Of a stretch of 64,000 nucleotides of DNA, positions 53,247-63,785 are shown one piece after another; position 1 is the stretch's first letter; every line of letters starts with the position of its first letter. Below the pieces are notes generated by a model. The model did not search any database, was not told the origin of the DNA, and saw nothing but the letters and a program-made list of their open reading frames with translations. The stretch lies in the NCBI GenBank assembly GCA_965204535.1, contig CBDBEV010000001.1, positions 1,984,001 through 2,048,000 of the forward strand, in the 5' to 3' direction. The position numbers and the translations under genes were made by a program. The DNA is from a bacterium (GTDB lineage: Bacteria > UBA8248).

Positions 53247-54233
53247 CTACGCGTGAACGCGCCTGCGAAGGGATTCCACCTGCTCGGGCGTGCCCAGGGC
53301 ATAGAGGTGGTCGCCCGCCTGGATTTCAAAATCGGGCCCCGGGTTGAAGCGCATCTCCCCGCTGTTGTGGCGGATGGAGAGCAGGTACACGCCGGTCTCC
53401 TGGCTGATCTTCGATTCCCTGAGCGCCATGCCGACGAGGTCCGAGCCTTCGGGCACGGTCACTTCGTCGAAGTCCAGGTCCGTCGTCGCGTGGCCGATCA
53501 CCTCGTCGAGAAAGCCGGCGAGCTTGGGCCTCAGAACGGACTGCGCGATGCGCATGCCGCCCATGATGTAGGGCGAGACCACGTGGTTCGCGCCCGCCGC
53601 CTCCATCTTGCCGATGGAACTCTCGAGCGCCGCGCGGCTCAGGATGAAGAGATCGGGGTTCAGCGCCCGCGCCGAGAGGGTGACGAACACGTTTTCCGCG
53701 TCGGTGGCCAGGGCGCAGACGAGGCTCCTGGCCTTCTCCACGTGCGCCTCCATGAGGGTTTCATCCAGCGTGGCGTCGCCGAGGAGCACCAGGCGCCCCT
53801 CCTGATCGAGGTGCGCGGCGATGGACGCGTCGTTCTCGATGATGACGTGGGGCAGCGACTCTCTGGCGTATTCCGCCGCGACGGTGGAGCCGATGCGCCC
53901 GTACCCGCAGATGATGTGATGGTTTTCGAGTTTGTCGAGTTCTTTCACCAGTTTTCGCCTCCCGAAAATCTGACGCACCCTCTCTTCGAACCTCACCTCG
54001 GCGATGATGGCGATTCCGTAGAACACCAAGCCTACGCCCACGACGATGAGCGCCACGGTGAACATGCGCCCTGCCGTGCTCAGTTCACGCACCTCGTCGA
54101 AGCCTACGGTCGTGACGGTGATCATCGTCATATAGAATGACTCGACGAGAGACCATCCCTCAATCAGGGTATAGCCGGCTGTGCCAACGATGGTGATGCC
54201 GAGCAGGGATGCGGCAATGTAGCCTATACGCAA
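53247..54233 (-). CDS. Potassium channel with RCK (TrkA-N/C) domains
   Basis: TTVGFD selectivity filter, ICGYGRIG, GDAT. Confidence 0.9.
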   Translation of the reverse strand: MRIGYIAASLLGITIVGTAGYTLIEGWSLVESFYMTMITVTTVGFDEVRELSTAGRMFTVALIVVGVGLVFYGIAIIAEVRFEERVRQIFGRRKLVKELDKLENHHIICGYGRIGSTVAAEYARESLPHVIIENDASIAAHLDQEGRLVLLGDATLDETLMEAHVEKARSLVCALATDAENVFVTLSARALNPDLFILSRAALESSIGKMEAAGANHVVSPYIMGGMRIAQSVLRPKLAGFLDEVIGHATTDLDFDEVTVPEGSDLVGMALRESKISQETGVYLLSIRHNSGEMRFNPGPDFEIQAGDHLYALGTPEQVESLRRRVHA

Positions 54234-54345
54234 GGTTTTCCGCGCCTTCTATGAATCATCCGTTCTTCTTTCAATTTGTTCGGTCATGGATTTTAACCGC
54301 CGTGGGGTCGCGATGGCGAGGAGGGCCGAGGCGATCGGGATCGCC

Positions 54346-55272
54346 CTATTTCTTCATCGCCAAATCGAACAACGCGCTCCCGAGCCTCTCCCTGGCTTCG
54401 GCGCGGATGGGTTCCGTGGCCTCCGTGAACGCAGCACGCTCCGCATCCGTCAGATCCACGAAGGAAACGCCCTCTTCTTCGAGGCTCCGGCGAATGGCGA
54501 TCTCCCCCGCCTGGGCGGCCTCTCTTTGGTAATCGATGGCTTCTCGGATGCACGCGAGCGCCGCCTCTTGGACCTGCGCGGGCCAGGCATTGAAGCTCGC
54601 CTGGTGGGCGAGCAGGGCGCGCGCCCCATAGAAGTGCCCGCTCATCGTGATGCGCCTTTGGTGGTTCGTGACGCCGTAGGTCACGGTGTTGGAAAGCGGG
54701 TTTTCCTGCGCGTCCACCTCGCCCGATTCGATCATGGCGATTCCTTCCTTGAGCTCCACCGGCACGGGCTCGGCTCCCAGGAGTTCGAAGGTCCTGACGT
54801 GCGTCTCGTTGGGCTGCAGGCGGATTCTGAGACCCCGGCAGTCTTCGGGCCTCCTCACGTCGCGGACGCTGTTCGAGAGGTGGCGGAAGCCGTTGTCCCA
54901 AAAGCCGAGGTTCTTGTAGCCCGTCTGCGCCTCGATTCGCTCGCTCAGGTGCGCGCCGAGCGCGCCGTCGAGCGCGCCGTAGGCGTGGGCGGAATCCCCG
55001 AAGGTGAAGGGCAGGTCGACGATCTCGAGTTCGGGCACCCTGTCGGCGAGATAGCTCGTCGAGAAATAGCACATGCCGAGCATGCCGCATTCCACCATGG
55101 CGAGGAGGTCGGGCGCGCCGTAGCCGAAATCCATCACGTTCCAGAAAATGTCTATTTTGACTTCCTCCCCCAGCCGCTCGCTCATCTTCTCCCTGAAGAG
55201 GACCATCGCGCGGCTGTGGGAGGTGTCGGGCGGAGAATAGCCCCCGATGCGGATGTGGACGGGCCCTGCCAT
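54346..55272 (-). CDS. TRAP transporter substrate-binding protein DctP-like
   Basis: DLPF, DNGFR, GLRIR, VDAQENP. Confidence 0.85.
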   Translation of the reverse strand: MAGPVHIRIGGYSPPDTSHSRAMVLFREKMSERLGEEVKIDIFWNVMDFGYGAPDLLAMVECGMLGMCYFSTSYLADRVPELEIVDLPFTFGDSAHAYGALDGALGAHLSERIEAQTGYKNLGFWDNGFRHLSNSVRDVRRPEDCRGLRIRLQPNETHVRTFELLGAEPVPVELKEGIAMIESGEVDAQENPLSNTVTYGVTNHQRRITMSGHFYGARALLAHQASFNAWPAQVQEAALACIREAIDYQREAAQAGEIAIRRSLEEEGVSFVDLTDAERAAFTEATEPIRAEARERLGSALFDLAMKK

Positions 55273-55480
55273 CGGAAATCGCTCCTTATCAAAGATTGAA
55301 GGATGATGTGTGTTTGAAAAGCGCGACCATATCACATATATCCTCTCTCGCCGATGGAAGGGCGGATGCTTTTTTTATCGTCATACGGGTTCTCGAAACA
55401 CCGCCTCGGGTCTTGACGCATTCGTTCCGCTGGGGCATGTTCCATCCTCTGATTTGTCTTTGGAATCAAGGAGATTGAAA

Positions 55481-56086
55481 ATGTCTTCACTTCAAGCGCA
55501 GCTTTTCGTGGAAACCGCTTCCGTCACGCTGAACCGCTTAACGAAGGACTTGCAGAAAGAGTTCGAGCCCAAGAAGGGGGATCGGTTCAACGTCGAGGGC
55601 ATCACCTACGAGATCGGCCCGCCGAAATTCGTGGATTCGGACAAGGCGATTCGCTTCGAGATCAGCTCGAAGATACCCGGTGAAGAACTGCCTGCTTCCT
55701 ACGATCACGCCAAGTATTTCAAACAGATCGAGAAACGCAACAAATCGGCGAAAAAACCCGTTTCCGCCGACATGGAGAACATCGTCCGCGAGACGCGCGA
55801 CCAGGAGAGAAAAGAAAGGGATTACGTGAAGCTCACATATCAGTATGCGGAGAATGAGCTTTACGACAACCGGGAAATCCTCAAGGACATCGAGGCGGTT
55901 GCGAAAGGCTCAAGCAATGAGGAAATGCCGCCCAAAGTCCCGGGCGTCACCACACTGGCGGGCCGCCTGATACTCGAACGGGTGCAATCCTCCCTGTACG
56001 AGGTGGCGAAAGGGAACGTCGAGTCGCTCATCGACGCGAACGCGAAAGTGCGCGAGGAACTGAAAAAAAGCGCAAAGAAGAAGTAG
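55481..56086 (+). CDS. Hypothetical protein
   Basis: RBS AAGGAG; 201 aa, host-like GC-rich codons. Confidence 0.75.
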   Translation: MSSLQAQLFVETASVTLNRLTKDLQKEFEPKKGDRFNVEGITYEIGPPKFVDSDKAIRFEISSKIPGEELPASYDHAKYFKQIEKRNKSAKKPVSADMENIVRETRDQERKERDYVKLTYQYAENELYDNREILKDIEAVAKGSSNEEMPPKVPGVTTLAGRLILERVQSSLYEVAKGNVESLIDANAKVREELKKSAKKK

Positions 56087-56095
56087 GCCCGCGCT

Positions 56096-57313
56096 ATGGC
56101 CCTGCGCCTCGTGGGCGTGACGGCGCATACGCCGCTCGAGAGAATGGCGGACGCCCTCCTCGTTATCGAGGAGGGCGTTTTGTCGTATGTGGGGCCGCGC
56201 GGCGCGCTTCCCCCGGCCCCCGAAGACGAGACGCTCGACCTCGGGGGCGCGCTGGTGTGCCCCGGCTTCGTGGATCTTCAGGTGAACGGCCTGGGCGCGG
56301 ATGCGCTGCTCGCGGCGGACGCCGCCGGCGTGCGGCGCATCGCCCGGGAGTTGGCGAGGCGCGGAACGACCGCTTTTCTGCCCACACTCACCACGGCTTC
56401 CCGGGGCGAGTTGATCGACGCGGCCTGCGCGGTGAGCGAAGCGTGGGCCCTTCAGCAAGAAGAAGCCTGCGCCGAGGCGCGCATCCTGGGCGTTCACCTG
56501 GAGGGGCCGTATCTGGAGCCGGAGATGAGGGGGGCGCATCCGCGAGATCAGGTTCGCCCTCCCTCGGAAGAAGAGGTCGAGGCTATCGCGCGAGCCGCCG
56601 GGGGGTGGGGCGTGGGCGGCGCGCCTGGCTTGGCGATGGTCACGCTCTCCCCGGGCGTGGCGGGCGCGGCGGATTTCACGCGCTGGCTGGCCGAGAAGGG
56701 CGTCGTTCCCGCCATGGGCCACACCTGGGCTTCAGCCGCTTGCGTGGAGGCGTTTCTGGAGGCGGGCGGCGCGTTCGCGGTCCATGCGTTCAATCGCTAC
56801 GGCCAACCGGAGACGCCCGCGCACAGGAGCGCCTCGCCGATGGATTACGTGCAGAACGACGGGAGGCTTTTCGCCGGCCTGATTGCGGACGGCGTGCACG
56901 TGGCACAGCAATCGCTCGCGTCGTTCGTTCGCGCCAGGGGCTGGGAGCGCACGGTCCTGACCTCGGACCTGGTGGCCGACAGGGGCTTGAGGCCCCGAGC
57001 CGGCCAGGATAAGACGAGCGGCGAGACGCCGGGCGACGCGGTGATGCGCGAGGGCGTATTGACCGGCAGCCGCCTCGCGCTCTCGGGGATGCTCCCCCGG
57101 CTCAGGCATTGGTGCGGGCTCGACTCTGCCAGCGCCCTGGCGACGGCCACGCGAAACCCCGCGCGCGTGCTCGGCATGGAATCCGCATGGGGCCGTCTCG
57201 CCCCGGGTCTGTCCGCCGATATTTGCGTTCTCGAACCCGGTTCCCTGGAGCCGATCGCCGCGATGATAGGCGGGAAATGGGCGTCGGGCGCGCCGCCGAT
57301 TGCAGGCGAATGA
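56096..57313 (+). CDS. nagA: N-acetylglucosamine-6-phosphate deacetylase
   Basis: PGFVDLQVNG, HLEGP, GHT, HAFN, IADGVH, SD. Confidence 0.85.
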   Translation: MALRLVGVTAHTPLERMADALLVIEEGVLSYVGPRGALPPAPEDETLDLGGALVCPGFVDLQVNGLGADALLAADAAGVRRIARELARRGTTAFLPTLTTASRGELIDAACAVSEAWALQQEEACAEARILGVHLEGPYLEPEMRGAHPRDQVRPPSEEEVEAIARAAGGWGVGGAPGLAMVTLSPGVAGAADFTRWLAEKGVVPAMGHTWASAACVEAFLEAGGAFAVHAFNRYGQPETPAHRSASPMDYVQNDGRLFAGLIADGVHVAQQSLASFVRARGWERTVLTSDLVADRGLRPRAGQDKTSGETPGDAVMREGVLTGSRLALSGMLPRLRHWCGLDSASALATATRNPARVLGMESAWGRLAPGLSADICVLEPGSLEPIAAMIGGKWASGAPPIAGE

Positions 57314-57379
57314 AGATTCGCCCATAATTCGCTTTGCTGCTATGATCGACGGTCGAGCAGAATCCGCCTTGGGCAGTCC

Positions 57380-58990
57380 ATGATGTATGACGTCATATTT
57401 CACCATGCCATGATATTCGATGGTCTGGGCGACCTCCCGTATGAAGGCGCGCTCGCCGTTCGCGGAGACGCCATCGCGGAGGTCGGTCCCGAAGTGAGCG
57501 GCTCCGCCCGTCGAGAGATCGACGCGAGGGGCCTAGCCTTGAGTCCCGGGTTCGTCGACATTCACGGACATTCGGATTATTACCTCCTCATCAATCCCGA
57601 GGCGCACGCGAAGGTCCGCCAGGGGGTGACGACCGACGTGGGGGGCAACTGCGGTTACGCCGCCTCGCCGATTCACGGGGCCGAGGCCGAGGAGCGCAAG
57701 AAATGGTATCGGGAGCAATTCGACCTGGAACTCCCGTTTCAGAGCGTAGGCGGGCACCTCGACCATGTGGACGAGGTGGGCGTATCGATCAACTACGCCC
57801 ATCTGGTCGGCCACAACACGATTCGCGCGAGCGTGATGGGGGGCGAGGCGCGCCCGGCCCGCGCGGAGGAACTCGCCGCGATGGAAGGGATGCTCTCCGC
57901 GGGAATGGAGCAGGGGGCTTTCGGCCTCTCCACCGGATTGGTATACGCCCCGGCCTGTTTCGCGGATAAGGACGAACTCACGGCCCTTTGCCGGGTCTCG
58001 GCGCGGGGAGGGGGATTGCTGGCCACCCACATGCGCAGCGAGGGAGACGGTTTGCTCGAAGCGATGGACGAGGTGATAAGTGCTGCCGCATCGGCGGGGC
58101 TGCCGCTTCAGATCAGCCATTTGAAGACGGCGGGCGAGCGGAATTGGGAAAAGCTCGATGAGGCCTTCGAGCGCATCGAGCGCGCGCGCGCGAGGGGGGA
58201 GGACGTGACCTGCGATCGCTATCCATACACGGCCTCGAACACCCACCTGAGCGCATTGTTGCCGGATTGGGCGCATGACGGCGCTCTCGGTGAGAAGGTG
58301 GAGCGCCTCGCGAATCCGGACACCCGGGCGAAGATTCGGGACGAAATCGCACGAGCGCACCCCGAATCTTCCTATTGGGAGAACATCCTGATCAGCCGCG
58401 TCTTCACGGAGGCGAACCAGCCTTGCGAGGGTCTCACGCTCGCCCGCCTGGGCGATGCCCGGAATGCGGCCCCTGTGGATGCGATGCTCGATTTGCTGAT
58501 CGAGGAGAGCATGAACGTCGAGATTCTCATTTTCATGATGAGTCCCGAGAACATGCGCCGCATTCTCCAGAAACCCTACGTCATGGTGGGTTCGGACGCG
58601 GGCGCGCTCTCGCACGAGCCTCCCCTGGGCGCGGGACGGCCGCACCCAAGAAATTTCGGCACCTTTCCCTTCGTCCTGGGCGCGCTGGCGCGAGACGAGG
58701 GGCTCTTCCCGATGGCCGAGGCGATACGGAAGATGACCTCCGCTCCCTCAGCGCGGCTGGGCATGGCGGATCGGGGACGACTCTCGGTCGGAATGAAGGC
58801 CGACCTCGTTTTGTTCGACCCTGAGGAGATACGCGATGAGTGCACCTATGAACGCCCCATTGCATATCCCTCGGGAATCGAGATGGTTCTCGTGAACGGA
58901 GAGGTCGTCGTAGAGGGTGGAAGCCATACCGGGGCGCGCCCCGGCCGTGCCCTGCGCAAACTCTCGCGACGGGAGACGGCGAATGTTTGA
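57380..58990 (+). CDS. N-acyl-D-amino-acid deacylase
   Basis: PGFVDIHGHSD, GNCG, HMRSE, ISHLK, GSD, HPRNFGTF. Confidence 0.9.
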   Translation: MMYDVIFHHAMIFDGLGDLPYEGALAVRGDAIAEVGPEVSGSARREIDARGLALSPGFVDIHGHSDYYLLINPEAHAKVRQGVTTDVGGNCGYAASPIHGAEAEERKKWYREQFDLELPFQSVGGHLDHVDEVGVSINYAHLVGHNTIRASVMGGEARPARAEELAAMEGMLSAGMEQGAFGLSTGLVYAPACFADKDELTALCRVSARGGGLLATHMRSEGDGLLEAMDEVISAAASAGLPLQISHLKTAGERNWEKLDEAFERIERARARGEDVTCDRYPYTASNTHLSALLPDWAHDGALGEKVERLANPDTRAKIRDEIARAHPESSYWENILISRVFTEANQPCEGLTLARLGDARNAAPVDAMLDLLIEESMNVEILIFMMSPENMRRILQKPYVMVGSDAGALSHEPPLGAGRPHPRNFGTFPFVLGALARDEGLFPMAEAIRKMTSAPSARLGMADRGRLSVGMKADLVLFDPEEIRDECTYERPIAYPSGIEMVLVNGEVVVEGGSHTGARPGRALRKLSRRETANV

Positions 58991-61301
58991 AATGGCTACA
59001 TGGAAGACGGTGTTCGGCACCGTGGGAGTGCTCGCCCTTTTGAGCATTCCCGTCGTTATATGGACGCGCCGTCGCGCCCTGAGGCGCGCAAGAGATTCGG
59101 CGCCTGAATGGGGCGGCGTTTGGGAAGGCGGGTCCGGGGGCAGCGCGCCTGCGGGCTGGGAGGATGTTTCCTCGCGCTTCATCGACGATTTCATTCCGGA
59201 CGTCGATGAGGAACAACAAGAAGCGGCGCAGAGCGGAAGCGTCCGTGAGGCAGCCGGGGAATCCCCGGAATCTCTGGATGATGTAGAAGAAGGCATGCGG
59301 GTCATCGGGCAGGAAGGCCGCGAGGTGCTCGAAGAGGATGAGTTCCTCCCTCCGGAACCAGAAGGAGAGGCCCTTTCGGAAGATGACGAAAAGCCTGCGC
59401 TCCCCGTGGATGAAGAGTCCGCCTCGGAATCGGAGGCTCCCTGGTGGGAGGGATTGTCCGCTCCCCTCGATGCGGAATCCCCTCGCGAGGCGGATGAGTT
59501 GCCGGCGGGAGCCGAACCTCGACGCGAAACGCAATTCGAGGCTGAAAGCGCCCTCGCCGATGCGGGGGAGGTTCCAGAAGCTGTCGAAACGAGCGAAGGC
59601 GCGGACGCTCCGCTGCGCATGCGGATTCCCGCTGTGAGCGAGGTCCGCGACGACGCGGTTTCCGCCGCCGATGTGCCTGCTGATGATGAAGAGGAAGGCG
59701 CCCTCCGCCTCACGCATGAGGGCGAGGACGTGGCGGATGCTCCCGCAGATTCTGTGCGTGAGGAGCGAGAGGATGATAAGGTTTCGGAAGCCGCGGACGA
59801 ATCGCCGCCGGAACCACAACTCGAAGAGCAAGAAGATGAGCCGTCGTCTCAGCCTGAAGTTCTGCTTCTCGCGGAAGCTGGACCCGATGAGGTTTCTCCC
59901 GATCCACAAGCCCTTGAGTCCGAGGAGGCGCCTTCGGCCCCGGAGCCGGAAGAAGAAGCCGCGGCGGCTGTTGGCGAGGTAGATGTCATTTCCCTCATTC
60001 AGCGTGAACGCGTCGATGATGACGCTTTCTCGCAGGGCGCCGCCTTGGGCGAAGAACCCGAGGAACTTGATTTTCCTGCGGACGACGATGCGGGGCAATT
60101 CGCTCCCGGCGCGGCGTTGCCGCCCGCCGCCTCGCATGAGGCTCCGGCGAACACGCCCTCTGAATTGATAAGCGAACTCGTGGCGGATATTTATCCGGGA
60201 GATTTGCTGCTGGCGGAAAACGTGGAGCATGAGCTTCCCGCCTGGACCCCGGGCGTTGTGAACGCCGCCGGCATCGACCTCGGTCAACGCGAGAGAACCC
60301 GGCAGTCACCGGCTTCCGAAGAATATCTGCGTCTGGCCATTCTCGAGATGATTCTGGGGCGCGTTGAGGATGCGACGGAACACCTCAAGGAATCGCTGCG
60401 GCGCGCGAGTCGACTCGCGCCCGTTCTCAACGCGCTGGCCGTGGCTTCTTATCTGCGGGAAAAGGTGGAGCCTGCGATTTCCTATTCCCGCGAGGCATTC
60501 CGCGAGGCGGGTCGGGATATTTCGGTGCTGGCGGTAGTCTCCCGGAACATGGGGTATTTCTACCAGCGAAAGGGTGATGACGAGAAGGCGGCGGAATCCT
60601 ACGAGAAGGCGCTCGCCTATATCGGGCCGGAGGGAGGGCTTGAGCAACTATCCACCTTGCGCATGCGTGTCGGCCGGTTGTTCCGCCGTCTGGGGGACAA
60701 GGAGAAGGCCGGAGAGCATCTTTCCGAGGCGGCGCACCTGTTTCACAGGTCGGGAGACAGGCGCAACGAGGCGCGGGCGCACACCGCGCTCGCTTCCGTC
60801 TTGACGGAAACGGGCGAGTACGAGTCGGCGCAGGTGAGCCTTGATGATGCGCTGAACCTCTGCCGGAAAATCGAAGACAAGGCGGGTGAAGCGCTGGTGT
60901 ACTCTCAAATGGGGGTGTGCTTTGCGGCGCAGGAGCAATTCACGCGCGCGCTCCGGTATTACGAGAACGCCTTGCGGCTGAATCGCGGACTCGAGAACAG
61001 AAAAGGCGAGGCGGCGAACCTGAGCGGAATGGGGAACATTCACTACGCGCGGGGCGATTTACCCGAAGCGCGCGAGGCGTATGAGGCGGCCTTGGAGATC
61101 AACCGCGAACAAGGGAGCGCTCTCGCTCAGGGAGTAGCGCTCGGGAGCCTGGGCCGGGTGCATTTCGAGGGGCGCGAATGGGAAGCCTCGCGCGAATGTT
61201 TGACCGAGGCGCACCTCATCTTTCAGGAACTCGGCGCGGCGGAAGCGCTCGACAGCATCATGGAGATGCTCCGGGTGCTGGAGCAGCGCGCCGGTGAGTG
61301 A
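58983..61301 (+). CDS. Membrane-anchored TPR protein with long acidic linker
   Basis: N-terminal TM helix, about 400 aa D/E/P-rich region, C-terminal TPR repeats. Confidence 0.8.
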   Translation: MFEMATWKTVFGTVGVLALLSIPVVIWTRRRALRRARDSAPEWGGVWEGGSGGSAPAGWEDVSSRFIDDFIPDVDEEQQEAAQSGSVREAAGESPESLDDVEEGMRVIGQEGREVLEEDEFLPPEPEGEALSEDDEKPALPVDEESASESEAPWWEGLSAPLDAESPREADELPAGAEPRRETQFEAESALADAGEVPEAVETSEGADAPLRMRIPAVSEVRDDAVSAADVPADDEEEGALRLTHEGEDVADAPADSVREEREDDKVSEAADESPPEPQLEEQEDEPSSQPEVLLLAEAGPDEVSPDPQALESEEAPSAPEPEEEAAAAVGEVDVISLIQRERVDDDAFSQGAALGEEPEELDFPADDDAGQFAPGAALPPAASHEAPANTPSELISELVADIYPGDLLLAENVEHELPAWTPGVVNAAGIDLGQRERTRQSPASEEYLRLAILEMILGRVEDATEHLKESLRRASRLAPVLNALAVASYLREKVEPAISYSREAFREAGRDISVLAVVSRNMGYFYQRKGDDEKAAESYEKALAYIGPEGGLEQLSTLRMRVGRLFRRLGDKEKAGEHLSEAAHLFHRSGDRRNEARAHTALASVLTETGEYESAQVSLDDALNLCRKIEDKAGEALVYSQMGVCFAAQEQFTRALRYYENALRLNRGLENRKGEAANLSGMGNIHYARGDLPEAREAYEAALEINREQGSALAQGVALGSLGRVHFEGREWEASRECLTEAHLIFQELGAAEALDSIMEMLRVLEQRAGE

Positions 61302-61310
61302 TGCCGATAT

Positions 61311-62498
61311 TTACGGCGCGTTTTCATCCAGCGTGAATTTCTCGAGCAGCCTGCCGTAGACGCGCGCGGCTTTTTTCAGCGAATCGACTTCGATGAACTC
61401 GTCGGGCGTGTGGGCTTGTTCGATGTTTCCCGGCCCCAGGAGAAAGCAGTTTCGGCTCCCGGTTTGGGCCGCGGCCATGCCCGCGTCCGAATAATAGCTC
61501 ACCCCCGCAGGCTTGGGCGCTGCGCCCAGGACTTCTTCCAAGGTCTCGAAAATGAGTCTCGCGCCGGCGCTGTCGGTGTCCGCCGTCACGGGCGGACGGT
61601 CCGCAATGGTGGCGCGAAGCGAGAATTCGACCCCGCTCACCCGGGCGCAGGCCCGGGCGGCTTTCTCGTGAATGATCCCCTGGATGTCGGCTGTCCGCAG
61701 GGGAGGGACGAAACGCGAGTCTATCTGCATCGTGCACCTTTCTGAAACCACGTTGGTCTTGTGGCCTCCCTCGATGATGCTGGTGACCATGGTGCATCGT
61801 CCCAGCAGGGGATCCTCGTGGGGGATTTGCGCCACCGCTTCCTGAAGCGCCACCACGGCGTGGGATGCGGCGTGAATCGCGTCTGCGCCCATGTGGGGCG
61901 CTGCGGCGTGGGCGCTTTTTCCACTGAATATGAGTTCGAACCACATGGCGCCTTTTTGCGCCGTCACCAGGGTGAGTTCGGTCGGCTCGCAGGAAATCAC
62001 GATGTCGTCCGCATGGATGTGTCCGCTCGCGATGGCCGCCTCTGTGCCGGTCATGCGGCCGCTTTCCTCATCCACCACCATGCAGCAGCGAACCGTTCCT
62101 TTGGCCTTTGCGCCGCCGTCGATTCGTATTTTTAGGTTCTCCAACGCCGCGAGACTCGCAGCGATGCCGCCCTTCATGTCGCAGCTTCCCCGGCCCCAGA
62201 TTTTCCCGTCTTCTGCGGCGGCGAGAAACGGGTCGCGCGACCACCCCTCGCCTACCGGCACGGTATCCATATGATTGAGAAAGACGAGGGCGGGGCCGCC
62301 TCCCGAGCCGGTGATCTCCGCGGTCACGTTCTCGCGCCTCTCGGCGACGCGCTCGCGCTTCGCTTCGAGGCCGATGCCCCGGAAAAATGCCTCCATCCGG
62401 TCCGCCATGGCGAACTCATCGCCCGTGGGGTTTTCGCTGGGAATCGCGATCAGCTCCTTGGTGAGCGAGACGGCTTGCGCCTCGATGGCCGCATCCAC
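61311..62498 (-). CDS. M20 family ArgE/DapE-like deacylase
   Basis: HMDTV, GRGSCDMKGG, DEE, EPT, AHTPDE. Confidence 0.88.
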   Translation of the reverse strand: MDAAIEAQAVSLTKELIAIPSENPTGDEFAMADRMEAFFRGIGLEAKRERVAERRENVTAEITGSGGGPALVFLNHMDTVPVGEGWSRDPFLAAAEDGKIWGRGSCDMKGGIAASLAALENLKIRIDGGAKAKGTVRCCMVVDEESGRMTGTEAAIASGHIHADDIVISCEPTELTLVTAQKGAMWFELIFSGKSAHAAAPHMGADAIHAASHAVVALQEAVAQIPHEDPLLGRCTMVTSIIEGGHKTNVVSERCTMQIDSRFVPPLRTADIQGIIHEKAARACARVSGVEFSLRATIADRPPVTADTDSAGARLIFETLEEVLGAAPKPAGVSYYSDAGMAAAQTGSRNCFLLGPGNIEQAHTPDEFIEVDSLKKAARVYGRLLEKFTLDENAP

Positions 62499-62570
62499 GT
62501 TATTTCTCCTGAGATTTGAGAATCGAGAGGGAATGATGCCGCATCTTGAGTCGTTTGGGTATGCGCCGCC

Positions 62571-63785
62571 TCATTCGGAATTGTGAAACCTCCTCATCAG
62601 GGAAGCGAAATTCCGCCCCGGCGTGACGTTCCCGAGGCATACCGCCTTATTCGCCCCGGTGACGCTCGGCAGGTTGTTCGTCTGTCCGGTGAGCGTGCCC
62701 CACGCCAGCAAGGCGAAACAGACCGCCTCGACGGCATCGGGCGAGACGCCCCGCGCGTCGCTTTCGACGAGGGGAAGATCGCCCAGGGCGGCGCGCAGGC
62801 CGCGCATCAAGGTCTTGTTGTGGACGCCGCCGCCTGCGGCCATCACCTCGGCGAGCGGGGAGTCGGTTGGAAAAAAATCCCGAATCGCATCCGCGACGCA
62901 CGAAGCGGAAAAGGCGGTGAGGGTGGCGATGGCGTCTTTCAGGTCCCTTCCGCGCGAAGCCATGCGTTCTATGGTTTCATCCACGAACGCTTCCCCGAAC
63001 ATTTCCCTGCCCGTGCTTTTGGGCGGTTTTCGTTTGAGGTAGGAGTGCCGGCGGAGTTCGGCCAAGGTATCGGGGCATACGCGGCCGGCCGCCGCCAGAG
63101 CGCCGGCGGGGTCATGGGTTTTCTCGCCATTGGTGATCCGCCCCGCGAGAGCGTCGAGCGCCATGTTCGCCGGTCCGCAATCGAAACCGAAAACGCCTTC
63201 TGCTCCCACGGGAGGGAGATAGGTGACGTTCGAGATGCCGCCCAGGTTCAAGAAGGCGGAGGCGGTGTTTTCCCGGCTGAAGAGAATCCGGTGCGCCCAG
63301 GGGGTCAGGGGAGCACCCGCGCCGCCCGCTGCCACGTCGCGCGACCTGAAATCGCTGACGCAGGTAATTCCCGTGCGCTGGGCGATGAAGGCGGGGTCGC
63401 CAATCTGAAAGGTGGAGGGGAGCAGCGGCCCGCGCGCTCCCGCCATGCCTTCCGGCAGGTGGCGGACCGTCTGGCCGTGGCTGCCGATGAAGTCGATTTG
63501 TTCAAGCCGTGTGCCGGAGCGTGACGCGACTTCGAGCGCGGCCGAGGCGAAGGCTTCGCCCACCTCCCGGTGCAGGGAGCACACCTCGTCCGTCAGGGCG
63601 CCCGCTTCACCCCCGGCGAGCAAGAGCCGTTCTCTCAGATTCCCAGGGTAGGGAGCGGCGTGAAAGTCCAGGGTTTCGACTCGCGTCCGTGCACCGGGAA
63701 ATATCCGCACCAGGGCGGCGTCCACGCCATCGGCGGAGGTCCCCGACATGAGGCCGATGGCCAGGAGGGGGCGCGGGTCGTTCAT
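62571..63785 (-). CDS. anmK: Anhydro-N-acetylmuramic acid kinase
   Basis: GLMSGTSADGVD, GSHGQT, NLGGISN, FDCGPAN, PKSTGRE. Confidence 0.95.
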   Translation of the reverse strand: MNDPRPLLAIGLMSGTSADGVDAALVRIFPGARTRVETLDFHAAPYPGNLRERLLLAGGEAGALTDEVCSLHREVGEAFASAALEVASRSGTRLEQIDFIGSHGQTVRHLPEGMAGARGPLLPSTFQIGDPAFIAQRTGITCVSDFRSRDVAAGGAGAPLTPWAHRILFSRENTASAFLNLGGISNVTYLPPVGAEGVFGFDCGPANMALDALAGRITNGEKTHDPAGALAAAGRVCPDTLAELRRHSYLKRKPPKSTGREMFGEAFVDETIERMASRGRDLKDAIATLTAFSASCVADAIRDFFPTDSPLAEVMAAGGGVHNKTLMRGLRAALGDLPLVESDARGVSPDAVEAVCFALLAWGTLTGQTNNLPSVTGANKAVCLGNVTPGRNFASLMRRFHNSE

